A stretch of DNA of 64,000 bases. Origin: Piedraia hortae CBS 480.64 (lineage: Eukaryota). Under the pieces are notes generated by a model, which saw nothing but the letters and a program-made list of their open reading frames with translations, did no database searches and was not told the origin of the DNA. This document shows positions 49,197-62,107 of the stretch, piece after piece. A program made the translations under genes and the position numbers. Positions within the stretch are counted from its first letter, which is position 1. Every line of letters begins with the position of its first letter. Where the stretch lies: contig MU005994.1 in assembly GCA_010093745.1 (NCBI GenBank), positions 62,001-126,000 on the forward strand, read 5' to 3'.

Positions 49197-50021
49197 TCAC
49201 TCCAAAGTCTTCTTGAAACCGTCGTAGGCTCCGTGTAAATCAAAGCTGAGCTCCCGTGCTTGTTCTGCCGTCAATTCCTCCGCTGCACGCATCTGGTTCA
49301 GCGTGATTAGCCACTGCACAATCTTGCCCTTCTTCTCGAAATCCACACTCGTCACTTTGTTCACAGCTTGGATGATGTCGGCCAGGATTGGATGCAGGGT
49401 ATCCTTGGACAGCATGTTCATGCTGATGGCGTCAAACAAGGTGACGAAATTCTCTGACGCCGTGACAAGATGCTGGGCGCTCGGCGGAGGGGCTGCTGAA
49501 GGGGCAGCAGCGGCAGCTTGGCGATGATGTACGGTGGCAGGAGCACTCTCAACGGTAGCTGGGATGCCAATTCGTAGTCTCTCCGTCGCTTTGGGAACGT
49601 CTAGCTGGTAATGTGAGCCTCACTCTCGAACGTAGATACCACACCAACATTCCACTCCGCCTTGAATTGTTCCAGATCCCCAAACGCTGCTGCTGCTGTT
49701 TCGTCGGCGAGATTGCTCTTGTACTGTCGTAGCAGCCGATCACATATCTCCGTATACTCGGCTTCGCGGATGCTGTCTCGTAGGTAGGCCTTCTCGAGGG
49801 CATCCAGGGTCAATAGAATGCTGTAGATCTCCGCAAGAGATTCGTACTTGTCCCGCTCAGCTGCATTGTCTGCTAGCTTGACTTCCTGTATCGAAGTCAG
49901 CCTGGACAACGATTGAGACGTGGAACCGGACTTGGTCGGCATCCTTCATGGCAGAGGAATGTCTAGATGGCATATATCCATACGGCGAAGACGCATGGCT
50001 TCTCTGCGGCACTCCATACAT
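49197..50021 (-). CDS. vps28: ESCRT-I subunit Vps28
   Basis: YESLAEIYSILLTLDALEKAY, ATERLRIG, KDTLHPIL, WLITLNQMRA; two introns. Confidence 0.93.
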
Positions 50022-50163
50022 GGCTCTCTCTCGGCGTTCCGGCCGCCTGTCCTTAGGGTTGTCGCTTTGAAGTCGGCATCTCCCGCCGGGCCGAGCCGTC
50101 ATGTGGAGCTACGCAGAGACGCGCAAAAATTCTTGCAACGTCCCCGAGAAACTTTTGCTGGCC

Positions 50164-52371
50164 ATGGCGCAAACCAAGGCAACCAAGAAGTTTGAAAAGC
50201 GACATCTAAAGGATACGCTGGCGAAGAGGAACAGCGTCAAGAAGATCAAGCAACAGAAGCAGCGAGCAGTCAAGAAGAAGGCGCGGAAAGCAGAGCACAA
50301 TGGAGGTGAAAAGGCGCCAGACAGCAAGGCACCGGACAAGGCGCTCGAGTCGATGACCGTGGACGACTTCTTCCAACAAGAATTTCAAGTCCCCGAGTTG
50401 CCCGCAAAGGCGCAAAAAAAGAGGAAGCGGCAAGAAGCCGTCAATGATGCAGCCTCATCGTCAGATGAGGGTGAGCAGTCAGATTCTCAAAACGAGGGTG
50501 ATTTGCAAGCCCAGATAGATGCGCTTGCGAAGAATCAGCCCGAGTTTTACAAGCACTTGAAGGAAGCTGAACCGGAGCTGCTCAAAGTCGGCAAAGACGA
50601 GCAGATGTTTAGTGATGAAGAGGACGAGGATGAGCAGCCGGAGAGGAAGAAAAAGAAGCCAAACACGGGAGGGTCGGAGGACGAACAGGCTAATCAAGTC
50701 AGCCGGGCCATGGTTGGCGAATGGCGCAAAATGATGACGACGGCGCATTCTTTGCGCGCGGCGAGGAAGACGGTGGCTGCGTTCCGTTCTGCTGTTTCCG
50801 CTACTGACGGAGAGGAAAAGTTCAAGTACACGATTCGCGATCCCGAGGCCTACCACCAGCTACTCACCACCGCCCTCGAATGTGTGCCGCTTGTGCTGCA
50901 GCATCATGCTCCCGCTCAAGAGAGCAAATCGGGAAAGGTTCGCGTTCAAACGGATTCCGACAAGTTCAAGTCGTTGGTGCCTCTGCTGCGGTCGCACACT
51001 ACTAGCATCGTGTCTCTCCTCGACACCCTCACAGACACGGCAACCCTGCGTCTGACACTGCAGTCCATCTTACCCCTGCTTCCGTATCTATTGTCATTCA
51101 AGAAGCTCTGCCGCGACGTTGTGCGTGCTGCCGCAGCCGTCTGGTCCAGCCCGGGCAGCGTGGAGTCGGCGCGGATAGCAGCGTTCATGGTTCTGCTGCG
51201 ACTTGTCGTGATCGGAGACGCAGCCATGCGCGAGAATGTCCTCAAATCCGCCTACCAGGCCCTCATCAAGGGCTCCCGCAACACCACCGTCCACACAATT
51301 GCGGCCGTGAACCTGATGAAGAACTCGGCAAAGGATCTCTGGGGGTATTGCATAGCCGACGGGGTAGCCTACACCACGTCGTTTGGCCTCATCCGCCAAC
51401 TGGCCATTCACCTTCGTGGCAGCATCACCAACAACAGCAACGAAAGTTATAAACTGATCTACAACTGGCAATACGTCCACAGTCTGGACTTTTGGTCTCG
51501 CGTGCTCTCTGCCCACGCCGCGGATCCCTCGTCCCCACTGCGGCCGCTCATCTATCCCCTCGTGCAGGTCACCCTGGGTGCTCTCCGCCTTATACCTACA
51601 GCTGCCTACTTCCCGCTCCGCTTCCAGCTGATTCGATCTTTGCAGCAACTCAGCGTCGCCACACAGACGTACATTCCCCTCGCTCCCGCCCTTTACGAGG
51701 TCCTTTCTTCAGCGGAGATGCGGAAACCTCCTCAACCGTCCACTATCAAACCCCTAGACTTTGCCACCAGCATCCGCGCCTCAAAGTCTCATCTCCGCAC
51801 GCGTGTCTACCAGGACGGTGTGGGCGAACAGGTCGTTGAGCTACTGGCTGATTTTTACGCGCAGTGGTCCAAGTCGATTGCGTTTCCTGAGCTTGCCCTG
51901 CCGCTGACGTTGCAGCTACGTCGTTGGCTGAAAGACGCTGGCTCAAAGGAGGGCAACTGCAACGCCAAAGTCAACGGCGCTCTGACGGTTTTGGTGCAGA
52001 AGCTGGAAGCTCATAGCGCTTTTATTGAGTCTAAGCGTGCGCAGGTCAACTTTGCGCCGGATAATCGGAAGGAGGTGGAGCAGTTTTTGGTTGATGTCAA
52101 GTGGGAGACGACGCCGCTGGGGGCGTATGTGGTCCACATGCGTAAGGCAAAGGAGGAGCGGGAGCGTGTTGTGAAAGAGGCTAGGGAGGAGGAGCGGAAG
52201 AGGGATGGGAAGGAGAAGATGATGAAGAAGAAGAAGAAGAAGAAGTCGGAGGCCATTAAGGGGGAGGAGAGTACGAGCGACGAAGAACAGAGCGAAAGTG
52301 GAGCTGAGGCTTCAGTGGATGGAATATCAGAGGCATCGGATGACGAGATGGAAGACTTTAATAGTGCGTAG
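50164..52371 (+). CDS. noc2: Nucleolar complex protein Noc2
   Basis: KATKKFEKRHL, PEFYKHL, FGLIRQLAIHLRGSI, IYNWQYVHSLDFWSRVL, SIAFPEL. Confidence 0.95.
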   Translation: MAQTKATKKFEKRHLKDTLAKRNSVKKIKQQKQRAVKKKARKAEHNGGEKAPDSKAPDKALESMTVDDFFQQEFQVPELPAKAQKKRKRQEAVNDAASSSDEGEQSDSQNEGDLQAQIDALAKNQPEFYKHLKEAEPELLKVGKDEQMFSDEEDEDEQPERKKKKPNTGGSEDEQANQVSRAMVGEWRKMMTTAHSLRAARKTVAAFRSAVSATDGEEKFKYTIRDPEAYHQLLTTALECVPLVLQHHAPAQESKSGKVRVQTDSDKFKSLVPLLRSHTTSIVSLLDTLTDTATLRLTLQSILPLLPYLLSFKKLCRDVVRAAAAVWSSPGSVESARIAAFMVLLRLVVIGDAAMRENVLKSAYQALIKGSRNTTVHTIAAVNLMKNSAKDLWGYCIADGVAYTTSFGLIRQLAIHLRGSITNNSNESYKLIYNWQYVHSLDFWSRVLSAHAADPSSPLRPLIYPLVQVTLGALRLIPTAAYFPLRFQLIRSLQQLSVATQTYIPLAPALYEVLSSAEMRKPPQPSTIKPLDFATSIRASKSHLRTRVYQDGVGEQVVELLADFYAQWSKSIAFPELALPLTLQLRRWLKDAGSKEGNCNAKVNGALTVLVQKLEAHSAFIESKRAQVNFAPDNRKEVEQFLVDVKWETTPLGAYVVHMRKAKEERERVVKEAREEERKRDGKEKMMKKKKKKKSEAIKGEESTSDEEQSESGAEASVDGISEASDDEMEDFNSA

Positions 52372-52391
52372 TAAACCACTGTGGGTCCTAC

Positions 52392-53538
52392 CTAGTGTTC
52401 ATTAAGCGTAAATTCATCTTCTGGCCCCTTGATCAAAATTTTGATCCCCTTTGCATCTCTCGTCTCGACAAAGGCCTCTTCTGCCTTCTCAAAGGGAAAC
52501 TTGGCCGTGATCAACTCCTTGACCTTGACCCGACCAGTAGCCACAAGCATCACGGCAGTGGAGTAGTCCCCCGCAGCATAGCGGAAGCAGCCCTTGATCG
52601 TCGGTTCTTTCGGCCCAAGCAGACCAATAGGAAACACAACATTCGGCTTCCCCATGCCACCCTGTATATACGTTCCACCCGCTCTCAAAATATGCATCCC
52701 AGCCTGGACACATGCCTCCGCCCCGGACGCATCAATTGCCACGTCCGCTCCATCACCCAGCGCAGCATCTCCAACAATCCTCCCAGCCAACTCCTCAGGA
52801 GCATCCTCCCTCCCGCTCACAAACCCGCACGTAGCAGCATACCCTTCCGCAAACCGCACCCTCTTCTCGTTCACATCCACCGCCACAACCGTCGTGGCAC
52901 CATACGCCTTCGCAACAGCCATAGCAAGGAGCCCAACGGGCCCACACCCAAACACCACAACCCTATTTCCGGGTACAACCGCAGCCTGACGCACAATGTG
53001 CACCCCCACCGCGAGGGGCTCCATCAGCGCCCCCTCCTCAAGTGACACACTCTCTGGCAGAACATAACAAAAATCCTCCGGCACGCGGTAAAATCTCGTC
53101 AACGTCCCATCAACTGGGGGCGTCGCAGCAAACTGCATTTCGGCGCAGAGATTATATCTCCCTTCGCGACAGCGCGCGCATCGTCGACAGGGGATTCCAG
53201 GTTCGATGGCGACGCGGTCGTTGGGTTTGACTTTGGTGACTTTAGATCCGATGGAGTGGATGGTACCGCTGGATTCGTGGCCTAGGACCATGGGTGCCTT
53301 GACTACAAAGTCGCCGATGGCGCCGTCGACCCAATAGTGCACGTCGCTGCCGCAGATGCCGGTCCATTGGACTTTGATGAGGACGGAGTGCGCGTGCTCA
53401 GGGTTGTTGAGGTGGGGAATGGGACGGTCGGCGTAGGTGAAGTGGTTGGGTTTTTCGAGGAGGAAGCTGGGGTTTTTCTGGACTGGTTTAGTTGGCTGGA
53501 TTGGTCGTGTTGGCGTGGCCTACGTCTTCGGGGTTCAT
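52392..53538 (-). CDS. Xylitol/sorbitol dehydrogenase (Zn-dependent MDR)
   Basis: GICGSDVHYW, MVLGHESSG, FAATPP.DGTL, EPLAVGVH, GCGPVG; short first exon MNPED followed by an intron. Confidence 0.93.
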
Positions 53539-54469
53539 CGTGGTTGATGGATGTTGACGTTGACGTTGACGTAATTGCGGGGGAGGTGGGGAGGTGGGGG
53601 CGGTGGGGTAGACTCGTGCGGGGTTGGCTGGCACGAACCAAGTTTGTGGGAAAGTTTGATAGAGAAGACTGACCAATAAATGGTATCGCCTTTCTCAACC
53701 TATTTAGCAGTTTGATATTCTTTTGAAACATGTATCACATCCCAGTTACCTGAACGAACGCTTCCACCCGGTCGGCAAGCTTCTCGACGACCAGCCATAA
53801 GATTCAGAAGCAGGCTTATGGAAAAGTAGCTTGGGTGCGACTTGATTGCCCATGTTGGAGGTATGCCATGAAATCATTCGACCGTTGCCACGTCATTCGC
53901 CAAACGTTGTGTCAGCTTATTGTCTGAATTGATACAGGATCAGATGGATGATTAGCTACCACCTTGTCGAAGAAGCTCGTAGCCACCGTTCCCCAGACCT
54001 AGCTTGCTTTCAATTGCTGGCAACTCTCTTAGTGACCTGTGCCTAATTGGCCAGCAGGTTGCGCTCGAGACTGAACAATGAGACAGCTGAGGCACTTGTA
54101 GACCTGGGCATCAGGCAGGCCATATCCAACGCGGCCCTGACAAGCGTGCTGGTTATTGAATCTCGTTCTATGGCTCTAGAGTAACATCCCAACTTTTATT
54201 GCAAAGTCTCAATACAGTGATGAATCTCCTCGGCAATCACATCCACGACGTCTCTCCTTTGATTCACTCAAATCATAAATTCCAATCTGTGAAACAATCA
54301 CTAAGACTCCCCCAATACGACAGTGTCCAAGTCCTTGGTAGATGCTGCCTCTCAAACCCACTCCCAAACCAGCAGGAGCGATTTCGTAGTAACCTCCTCT
54401 CCCAATTATCACCCTCCCAGCCGCCAATCCCCCAAACAAACCACACAAATACAATTCACACCAACGAAA

Positions 54470-55173
54470 ATGCAAGCCGCAAACCCCTCCTCCGGCTCAG
54501 ACTCCTCCACCAAGCCAGCTCCGCCAAGCCACTCCCCCATCCCACGTCCCACAACCCTCAAAACCTCAACCACACTCCTCCCACAAGAAATCGATTCGCC
54601 CCTCAACCCAATCCCCCACTTCCAGCCCCCCGCGCGCCTAAACTACACCGCTCTTCCCCCCGAAGAGAAACAAACCGAAGTATGCGCTAGCATCCCTCCT
54701 AAATTCCCAAAAACTAACACCCGCAGAACGAATACATCCGCTCCCTCATCGCTGTTGCACACATGTTCACGTACTGGACCCTCCTCTCCACCATTCCAGC
54801 CAGTACCCTCCGCCTCACTAAAAACGACCAACTCATCTACTCTAGCTTTTTGGCTATGTTTCCAGAGTACACCCCCTCAGAGGGCTTGATTAGCGAGAAC
54901 TTTTTGAAGGACGTGTATGCGAGGATTATGTGGGGTGCGTTTGGGGAGAGGGTGGGGGGGTTGGTGAGTAAGCCGGGGGAGAAGGTTTTGTTGAGGTTGG
55001 ACCCGAAGAGAGAGTATCATATTGATAATGTTACGCTCGTGAGTAAACTGCAGTTTTGTGCGGTTGAGGGCGCGAGGTGTAAGGCCGGGTTGAATGAGTG
55101 GGTTTTTAGGTGGGTGGGGAAAACGAGGTGGAAAAGGGGTAAGGGGGTTAATATTGATGTTGGGGGGGAATAA
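54470..55173 (+). CDS. Divergent PBDC1/YPL225W-family protein
   Basis: HMFTYWTLL..LRLTKNDQLIY..FP, LLRLDP, KLQFCAVEGARCKAGLNEW resembles the family pattern as recalled; intron 54680-54726. Confidence 0.75.
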
Positions 55174-55832
55174 GATGGAGGGGGTTAAAATTGAGGATAA
55201 GACGAACGTGCAGGAGGAAAAGGCTAGTAATAAGATGGGGAAGGATGTAAAGGACGCCAAGATGGATGTTGAGACACCGAAACAGAAAAAGGAAGAGATG
55301 CCGAAAAAGAAAAATGATTCGAATAGGAAAAGGGCGCAGAATAAGGGAGAGAGGAATAAAGCGGCCAAGGAGAGGAAGGATGCTATGGTTAAGGAAGACA
55401 AACAACAGGGGGGTGAGCAGCAGGGGGGTGAACAACATGACGGCGAAGAAATGGAAATTGATGAGAAGGAGGCTGAACAGAATGATGCTGGGAGCGATTG
55501 AGGTTGCTGAGTTGCACTATGATTGAATAGAATCAGTGAATGGATATGCCAATAGGTTTTTATTTTACTGTTTGTTGCCTCGACCTGTCTGGCATCTGTC
55601 GTGTTCCAACCTAGACGAGTCTATATTGTTCTAATAAGCAGCGGCACCTCACAGGTGTGTCAGTATACACGCGTATCTAGAGCTACAAGAAAATTTCTGA
55701 GTACTCGAACCCTGGTCAGGGATGGGGGTCATCACCTGCGGATCGCTCCGTGGCGGCCTGCACAACATATATCAGGTAACCTAACCGCGAGAGGTGCTCT
55801 TACTGGGCAGATTAAATGTATCTCGCAGTTGC

Positions 55833-55925
55833 AGTTAAAGGGGACGAACTGATAGTGTGAGTACACTGAGACGTGAATATATGTATAGCCATCTATACTG
55901 CATACATGAGGGGACGTTATGATCA
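55833..55925 (-). repeat. Dispersed repeat family C fragment
   Basis: Reverse-complement match to 2030-2120. Confidence 0.7.
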
Positions 55926-56395
55926 TCACGTGACACATCCTTCAACTGTTCCATACTGTTGTGGAGTCGGAGTCGGTAGGCGGAACGGCTCATGCCGCTA
56001 ATGCGTCACGTTGGCAGAAAATATTCATTTGGAGTTAGAAATGGATATTGGTAGATATCTCAGTCTCGTTTTCGCCGGGTTCGATCTAAGAGTCATCTTT
56101 ATACTACATGCTTTTAATGTCAGTAAGGATGTGTTTCATCGAAGCGTCATGCATATACATGTCTTTGCAACCCAGACTTGGCTGACACTTGTTGCCTTGA
56201 CGGGGGGTACAACTTGCGCAACGAGGTCATCCTTTCAACCTTCCATTATCAACCTCACTTTGCCAACAATACCTACCGTGGTTGATAAATTGCCATGGGC
56301 TCGGACTTGATGCTCAGCCCCGGCGAAAAGCTCATGAGCATATACCTCGACAGCCTCAACGGAATGGACCTAATCAATAATATCATTTCAAAGAA

Positions 56396-57314
56396 ATGGC
56401 GCACAAAGTGCGCGAGATGCTGCACTTGAGCGATGGTACATATGCGTTAGGCACAAGTAAGCCCGCTAGCACTGACGAGGAGAATGTTGGCCGACCTGAA
56501 TTGAATCTTGAGGCATACGGCACTGAGCGCCTGAAACAGGAATTGCATTGGATCACCGAACGAATGGAAAAGCCCATTCTTCTTCACGCAGGGGTCTTCA
56601 TGGAAATATATAAGGACACTTACGAGAAGGCTCTCGGGGTTTCAGATGAAGAACATTCTCCAGCTAAGCGAATTGCCCTGGCAGTCGTTCCAACCATGGA
56701 CAGGGCACAAGAATCTATCTCTGTTGTGTTTATACCTTTCCCGGCTGGTTTGATGGGTGTATGCAGTATGTCATGCTCAGAAGATTTGCGCTTTTGACAT
56801 GTTACGGACTGTATATTGGGAAGAGGAAGCGGGCGATTCGAACAATGCTCAGGGAGGTTGGGAGGGCTGAGCACCCCGGAGTTGAATTGGGGTTAGACGA
56901 GAATGCGAAACTGGAATGGGATCAGCTGAATGAGCATCTACAGGCTTGCAACTGGGCTAATAACCCGGTGCGTGGATATGCGGGCTTCATGCTTGGCATG
57001 ATCAAGCAGCGGTTCTCGGAATTTAAAGACTGATCGACGAAACTTGGCCAGGTGCAGGATGAAATCACGCTGTCTGTTCGACAGTGTCACTTTTGGAGGC
57101 TAACATTCAAGTTGAACAACGATATCAAAGAACTGCGTATCACGTTGGAGAATGATCGTATTGCAAAACAGTATGAAAGAGTCTTGCTGTTCATCCACAA
57201 TCGGTACCTTTATAAGTCAGATGTCAGAAGTCTGCCGCTTGCGGAAGGGTTGAGAACGGATTCGTTTCCGAATAGAGGAGATGATGATATGAAAGGATTT
57301 GAGGACAAAATCCT
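56396..57314 (+). pseudogene. Broken orphan ORF running into an LTR
   Basis: Three consecutive ORF pieces; 56761-57033 and 57052-57321 share a frame split by one TGA; the last piece runs into the LTR at 57315. Confidence 0.4.
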
Positions 57315-57639
57315 TGTATAGGTTTAGCTCCCGTGGTTGAGAGTGCGCAGCAACCCGAAGAGGACGGAGCGATAGACGAAATCAGGGACAGGACAGATGT
57401 AGATGTATATGAGTCAATACCAGTGTCGATATGACGGCGTGAATGACTATTTTTCTCTATGAGGGGACGTCACGTCGTACACTAGCAGGGCACACTCGCC
57501 ATGTCACATATGAAATGACCCTGAGGGAAAACCTCTGTGAGGGAAAAAACCTAGGATGCAGCTGATAGTGTAGGAGGTATCGCTGACTTGCTATGCAAGT
57601 GCCCCACATACGCGCTAGCGGCGATGCTTGAATCCAACA
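57315..57639 (-). mobile_element. Solo LTR, family A (325 bp)
   Basis: TGTTGG...ATACA in own orientation; flanks AGGAC / AGGAT (TSD with one mismatch?). Confidence 0.88.
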
Positions 57640-58880
57640 GTCCTCTCATGTTTTTAGTCAGGAGGATTTTTTCCCAAGAACATCATTCATCCAGGGAAAT
57701 TCACTTTCATCTCTACTGAGGTATGCGTTCCTTCCTTCTCCTCTGACATCAGATTTGCTCGAAGGTGAGAGATGATGACTAATGAGGCGACTGAAACGGT
57801 TGGAGGTGAGGGCTACAAAACAGAGGCGTGTCGAGATATCTGACTCATGAAGGTGGATTAATAGGATACTCCTCTGTACTACTGCACACCTCTTCGCCAA
57901 ATAGATCTACGAGTCCAAAGTATTCCATGCAGTTAATAGCTTGATTTCCCAAAACTCAACGCATTGCTATCGTGAATAATCAAATCTGGTTTCACATGAA
58001 GGATGATCTTGTACAAACAAGTGGGATTTACATAACACCCATCGTGTATTTCCATCTTCTTGGAACGATTCTCGAATGTTCACATCGGCAGTGGGCCACT
58101 GGTGGCACAACCCGTGTGGTGGGGCGGATTCTGTCATCCATCTCACGCTATCAGAAACAAATCATTGACTTCTTCGAAATCCGATTAAACGCTCCTCCTT
58201 CCCAATTCCATCTTCAAACCCCATCAATAGTGATAACAGGAAGACGCGCGAGACGATATACTTGTCGACAACCTACACGCCAAATAGTAGAGATTAAGTT
58301 ACCAGTCGCCCTAACCTTGATGGAACTGGCTCCTGGGTAACATAAACCGAGTCTTCATAAAACTCTGCCTTTCCACCACTAGATTAACACCAACCAAATC
58401 CGCTCTTCATAAAACCTCACAACATTACCATTTCCGACATCCTCCTCAACCCAGCGGAAAATTGAGAATTTCAAGCCGCCAAGCTTCTATACCCCACTAC
58501 AATGACTTAATAAATGGCACCATACCCAAAGCATGTTTCTCTACGAACGCGATAAAGGAAAAGACGGAGCCACGAATCCCACAACGTGCGTAGATGGATG
58601 CACAAGAGGGAAATAAACACACAAGGACCCACGCTCCAGTTTTCACAAGTACGAAGCAAATGATTCATCCAAAATAGTTCATCTGGAAAGATGTCTTGTC
58701 AGTATTGGGATCCCGGATCTTCAATCGAGATGGGGAAGTAAGTTCAGATTACTTCAGCGATCTCATTGCTTTCTCTTGCCCATTCTTAACATCCATGGAG
58801 AGATGCGATGAATGGACTATTACATTCTTGCAGCATATAATGTGCATCGGTAACATGTGTTCTTGTTTCGTCTTACACTT

Positions 58881-59205
58881 TGTTGAAGTCAAACGTCGCC
58901 GCTAGCGCGTATGTGGGGCACTTGCATAGCAAGTCAGCGATACCTCCTACACTATCAGCTGCACCCTAGGTTTTTTCCCTCACAGAGGTTTTCCCTCAGG
59001 GTCATTTCATATGTGACATGGCGAGTGTGCCCTGCTAGTGTACGACGTGACGTCCCCTCATAGAGAAAAATAGTCATTCACGCCGTCATATCGACACTGG
59101 CATTGACTCATATACATCTACATCTGTCCTGTCCCTGTTTCCGTCTATCGCTTCGTCCTCTTCGGGCCACTGCGCACTCTCATCCACGGGAGCCCAATCG
59201 CTACA
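58881..59205 (+). mobile_element. Solo LTR, family A (325 bp)
   Basis: TGTTG...GCTACA; centre nearly identical to the 57315-57639 copy; flanks CACTT / ATAGA (no TSD). Confidence 0.88.
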
Positions 59206-60373
59206 ATAGAGATACCTATTTGCTTGCCTCGCGCAGAGATGACTTGTCATTCAGCGAGGTTGGGGCAGGCTCACATAATGCTTGCTTGTGAACACGCATC
59301 TACGAGTCATTGTAAGTACTGAAAGACCTGCTTGTATGGATGGAATATTCTGAACAAGAGCGGGGTATTATCAGGGCCTTGGCGCTACTGGCGATGCTGG
59401 TGCTATCGACATTCATCTGAAGTTTGCTATCATGATAACATTTTTCCGCACGGTCACGAAGTTCTTTGTCACTCGTCCTTTCCACAGCCCCCTTGATATG
59501 TCCAGCCATTGACTTGTTCTTCTGGTGATGGAGACAGAAATGATAATGTATCTGAACTTGGCCCAGCATTTGTAAGACATTGATTTGAGTGTATTCTGCT
59601 TCGGAGTCCATGCAATTTTGCGTCTTGTCGGTTCGCAGACCAATCACTCCGATAGGGCCGGTCTTGTGTTAGGTGGCTACTACTGCTGCTATCCTGTCCC
59701 AGACGTACCCCAACGCCCATTCCAGGTTTTTCTGTCGATGTCCGTAACTGCGCTCACCCATGGTCGAGCCACAGTCTATCATGTAGACGGTTGCCACTTT
59801 GGATACCATGTTTCATTAGCTACTGTCTGTTTTGTGATTACAACATCAAGCAATTGTTGGGTGACTGTCTCGCTGCCGTCACGCCTAACTCGATGCACTA
59901 AGCCGTGCCAAGATTCTAGATTGGACAACGATTGGCGCGAAACCATATCATATCATTGCCTGTGGAACACTTTTCGGATCCAGTGTACTTCAAACCTTAA
60001 TTGGAGAGCCGTTGGCTTTCAAAGCGCTGCCAAAAGCTCAGTTCTCAACGCTCCAGTAAGCTATCTTCCCAATCTTTTTCTCACTACAAACAAGTCTACC
60101 TCTCCTGCTTGCGCTTACATGCCACGGGAAACGGGTACAAACGACTGCTTGAGGACAACAAAGCTCTCGGAATCATTGGCATTATGTTTGGTACAGTGTT
60201 GTTGAGCCTTGTGGTGCTCGGCCCAGCAATTACGAAGGTTATGAAGGTGCGGAAACACCAAGGTGGATGCGTGTTCTGGTCCCACGTAACGACAATGCCT
60301 TCGGCCAAAAAAAACTTCAATCAAACTTGGGGAAAACTGTAACTTAAACAATCTTGCGACTGCAACGCGTTGC

Positions 60374-61284
60374 TTACAATGCATCCCGCGGTACATCGTT
60401 CCAACCAGCCTCTGGGAAGAAAATGGCAGGATGTGCTGTTGTAAGTAGTATGGACGCAATGGCGATCATCCTGACCACATTAGTATATCACCCACACGTT
60501 CTACAGGACCAGCTCACATTCCATCCAGAATCATAAACGCCGTCTCGTTCTTCATTAGCGAATTGCCCCATCCGCCAGCCATCTCAGGTAACCGATAAAC
60601 GCATCGTATGAAGATGGCTACAAACGCCGCAGAAGAGCAGATGGCGTAGTAATTGAACTTTCCCGACAACTCCCTCGACTTCTCCGCGCCTATAGGCTGA
60701 CGATACACCTTGTACCCAAACTCAGCAGCAAGGCACATGCACGCAAACATGGTGACAACCTGGAACGCAATTCCGGCAATCATCAGGTTGTCACCCACAT
60801 CGAGAATCTTTGGGTTGCTCTCAGCTGCAGCCGCAACGCCTCCGCCGATCGACTGCGTGAGGATCGACACAAGATCGCATGAGATGAAGATCCACGTATA
60901 CAACTTGGGCTTTAGGCGGGACTTGATGGCTCCAAAGTGGATGACAAGGTGTTTGAGGGTGAGATAAATGGCTGCGGCGAGGAAGGAAGGACAGAAGATT
61001 AGACACACAATCTGCGTCTTGAACCCTGCGCCAGACCACGGATTGGAATTCATCATCACCCGTCCTCCGTAGCCGACCGCCTCGCCTGCTGTTCCGATCG
61101 CCATAACGATGCTGAACGATCTTCGCGCACGGTAGCGCAGCGCCAGTGCAATCTGAATGAGTGCGCAAATGCTGAATATGGCTACCAGGAAGGCATTTCC
61201 ACCCAGGCTGGGCCGGTAGCCATAGAGCGTAGCTTCAACGGGGCATAGGGGTGTGACTTTGTCGCAAAGGCGACGGTCGGCCAT
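60374..61284 (-). CDS. RTA1-like multi-pass membrane protein
   Basis: CPVEATLYGYRPS, GEAVGYGGR, PSFLAAAIY, FISCDLVS..QSIGGG, IRCVYRLPEMAGGW; intron 60517-60471 adds MIAIASILLTTAHP. Confidence 0.92.
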
Positions 61285-61697
61285 GGTCCTTAAGGGAGGT
61301 TGACAGTAGGTTCACTGTAGGTGTCTAATCAGAACAAAAGCTTCGCCGTTTATTGACAAGATGTGGGCAAATTCTCATTGTCGCAGCCTTGCGACGCTAT
61401 GAGTCAGCCTCCGCAGGAGGAATTGAATCGTACCGAAATAGATTTTGCCACAGCACCGCCTCACATATCAGCCAATCACAGACGACGTTAGGGTTAGTAG
61501 GATTAATCTATGCGAAACGACCCGTTGCCTTGCGACTTTTGGGTATATGAAATTCAACCTCACTTTAACGAATGCTACCCGCTCGCTAAAGGCTTTGTCC
61601 TCGCGTGGGTCAGAACATACATCTATAGGCCGCGAAGAGGCGGAGAGAATGCATGAAACTGAGAAAAGTCAGCCACCTCCAACGGCAATCCATGCCA

Positions 61698-62107
61698 TGT
61701 AGCGATAGGACTCTCGTGGATGAGAGTGCCCAGCGGTGCGAACTAGGAGGACGTAGCGATAGACGGAGATCAACGATAGGTATAGGAAAGATGCAGATGG
61801 GTAGGAGTCAATATCAGTGTCGATGTGACAGTGTAAATGACTATGCGTGTGTCTGTATTTTTATGAGGAGACGTCGAAATAAGTATTCTGTACCAGTAGG
61901 CTGGTGACGTCACGTCATGATATGAGTCATCTATGACTCACTAGCCTACAGTAGCGGGGCGCATTCGCTATGTCACATCAGACTTGACCCTTAGGGAAAA
62001 TCTCTGCGAGGGAAAAGCCTAGGGTGCAGCCAGTAGTGTAGGGGGTATAGCTGTCTTGCTATGTAAGTGTCCCGCATACGCGCTGGCGACGATGCTTGAC
62101 TCCAAAA
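61698..62107 (-). mobile_element. Solo LTR, family A, diverged, with perfect 5-bp TSD
   Basis: TGCCA on both sides (61693-61697, 62108-62112); colinear with the other family A copies. Confidence 0.9.

Noticed and set aside
8318..53538. Polyol metabolic gene cluster (mpdA plus xylitol dehydrogenase)
   Set aside because: 43 kb apart with unrelated housekeeping genes between.
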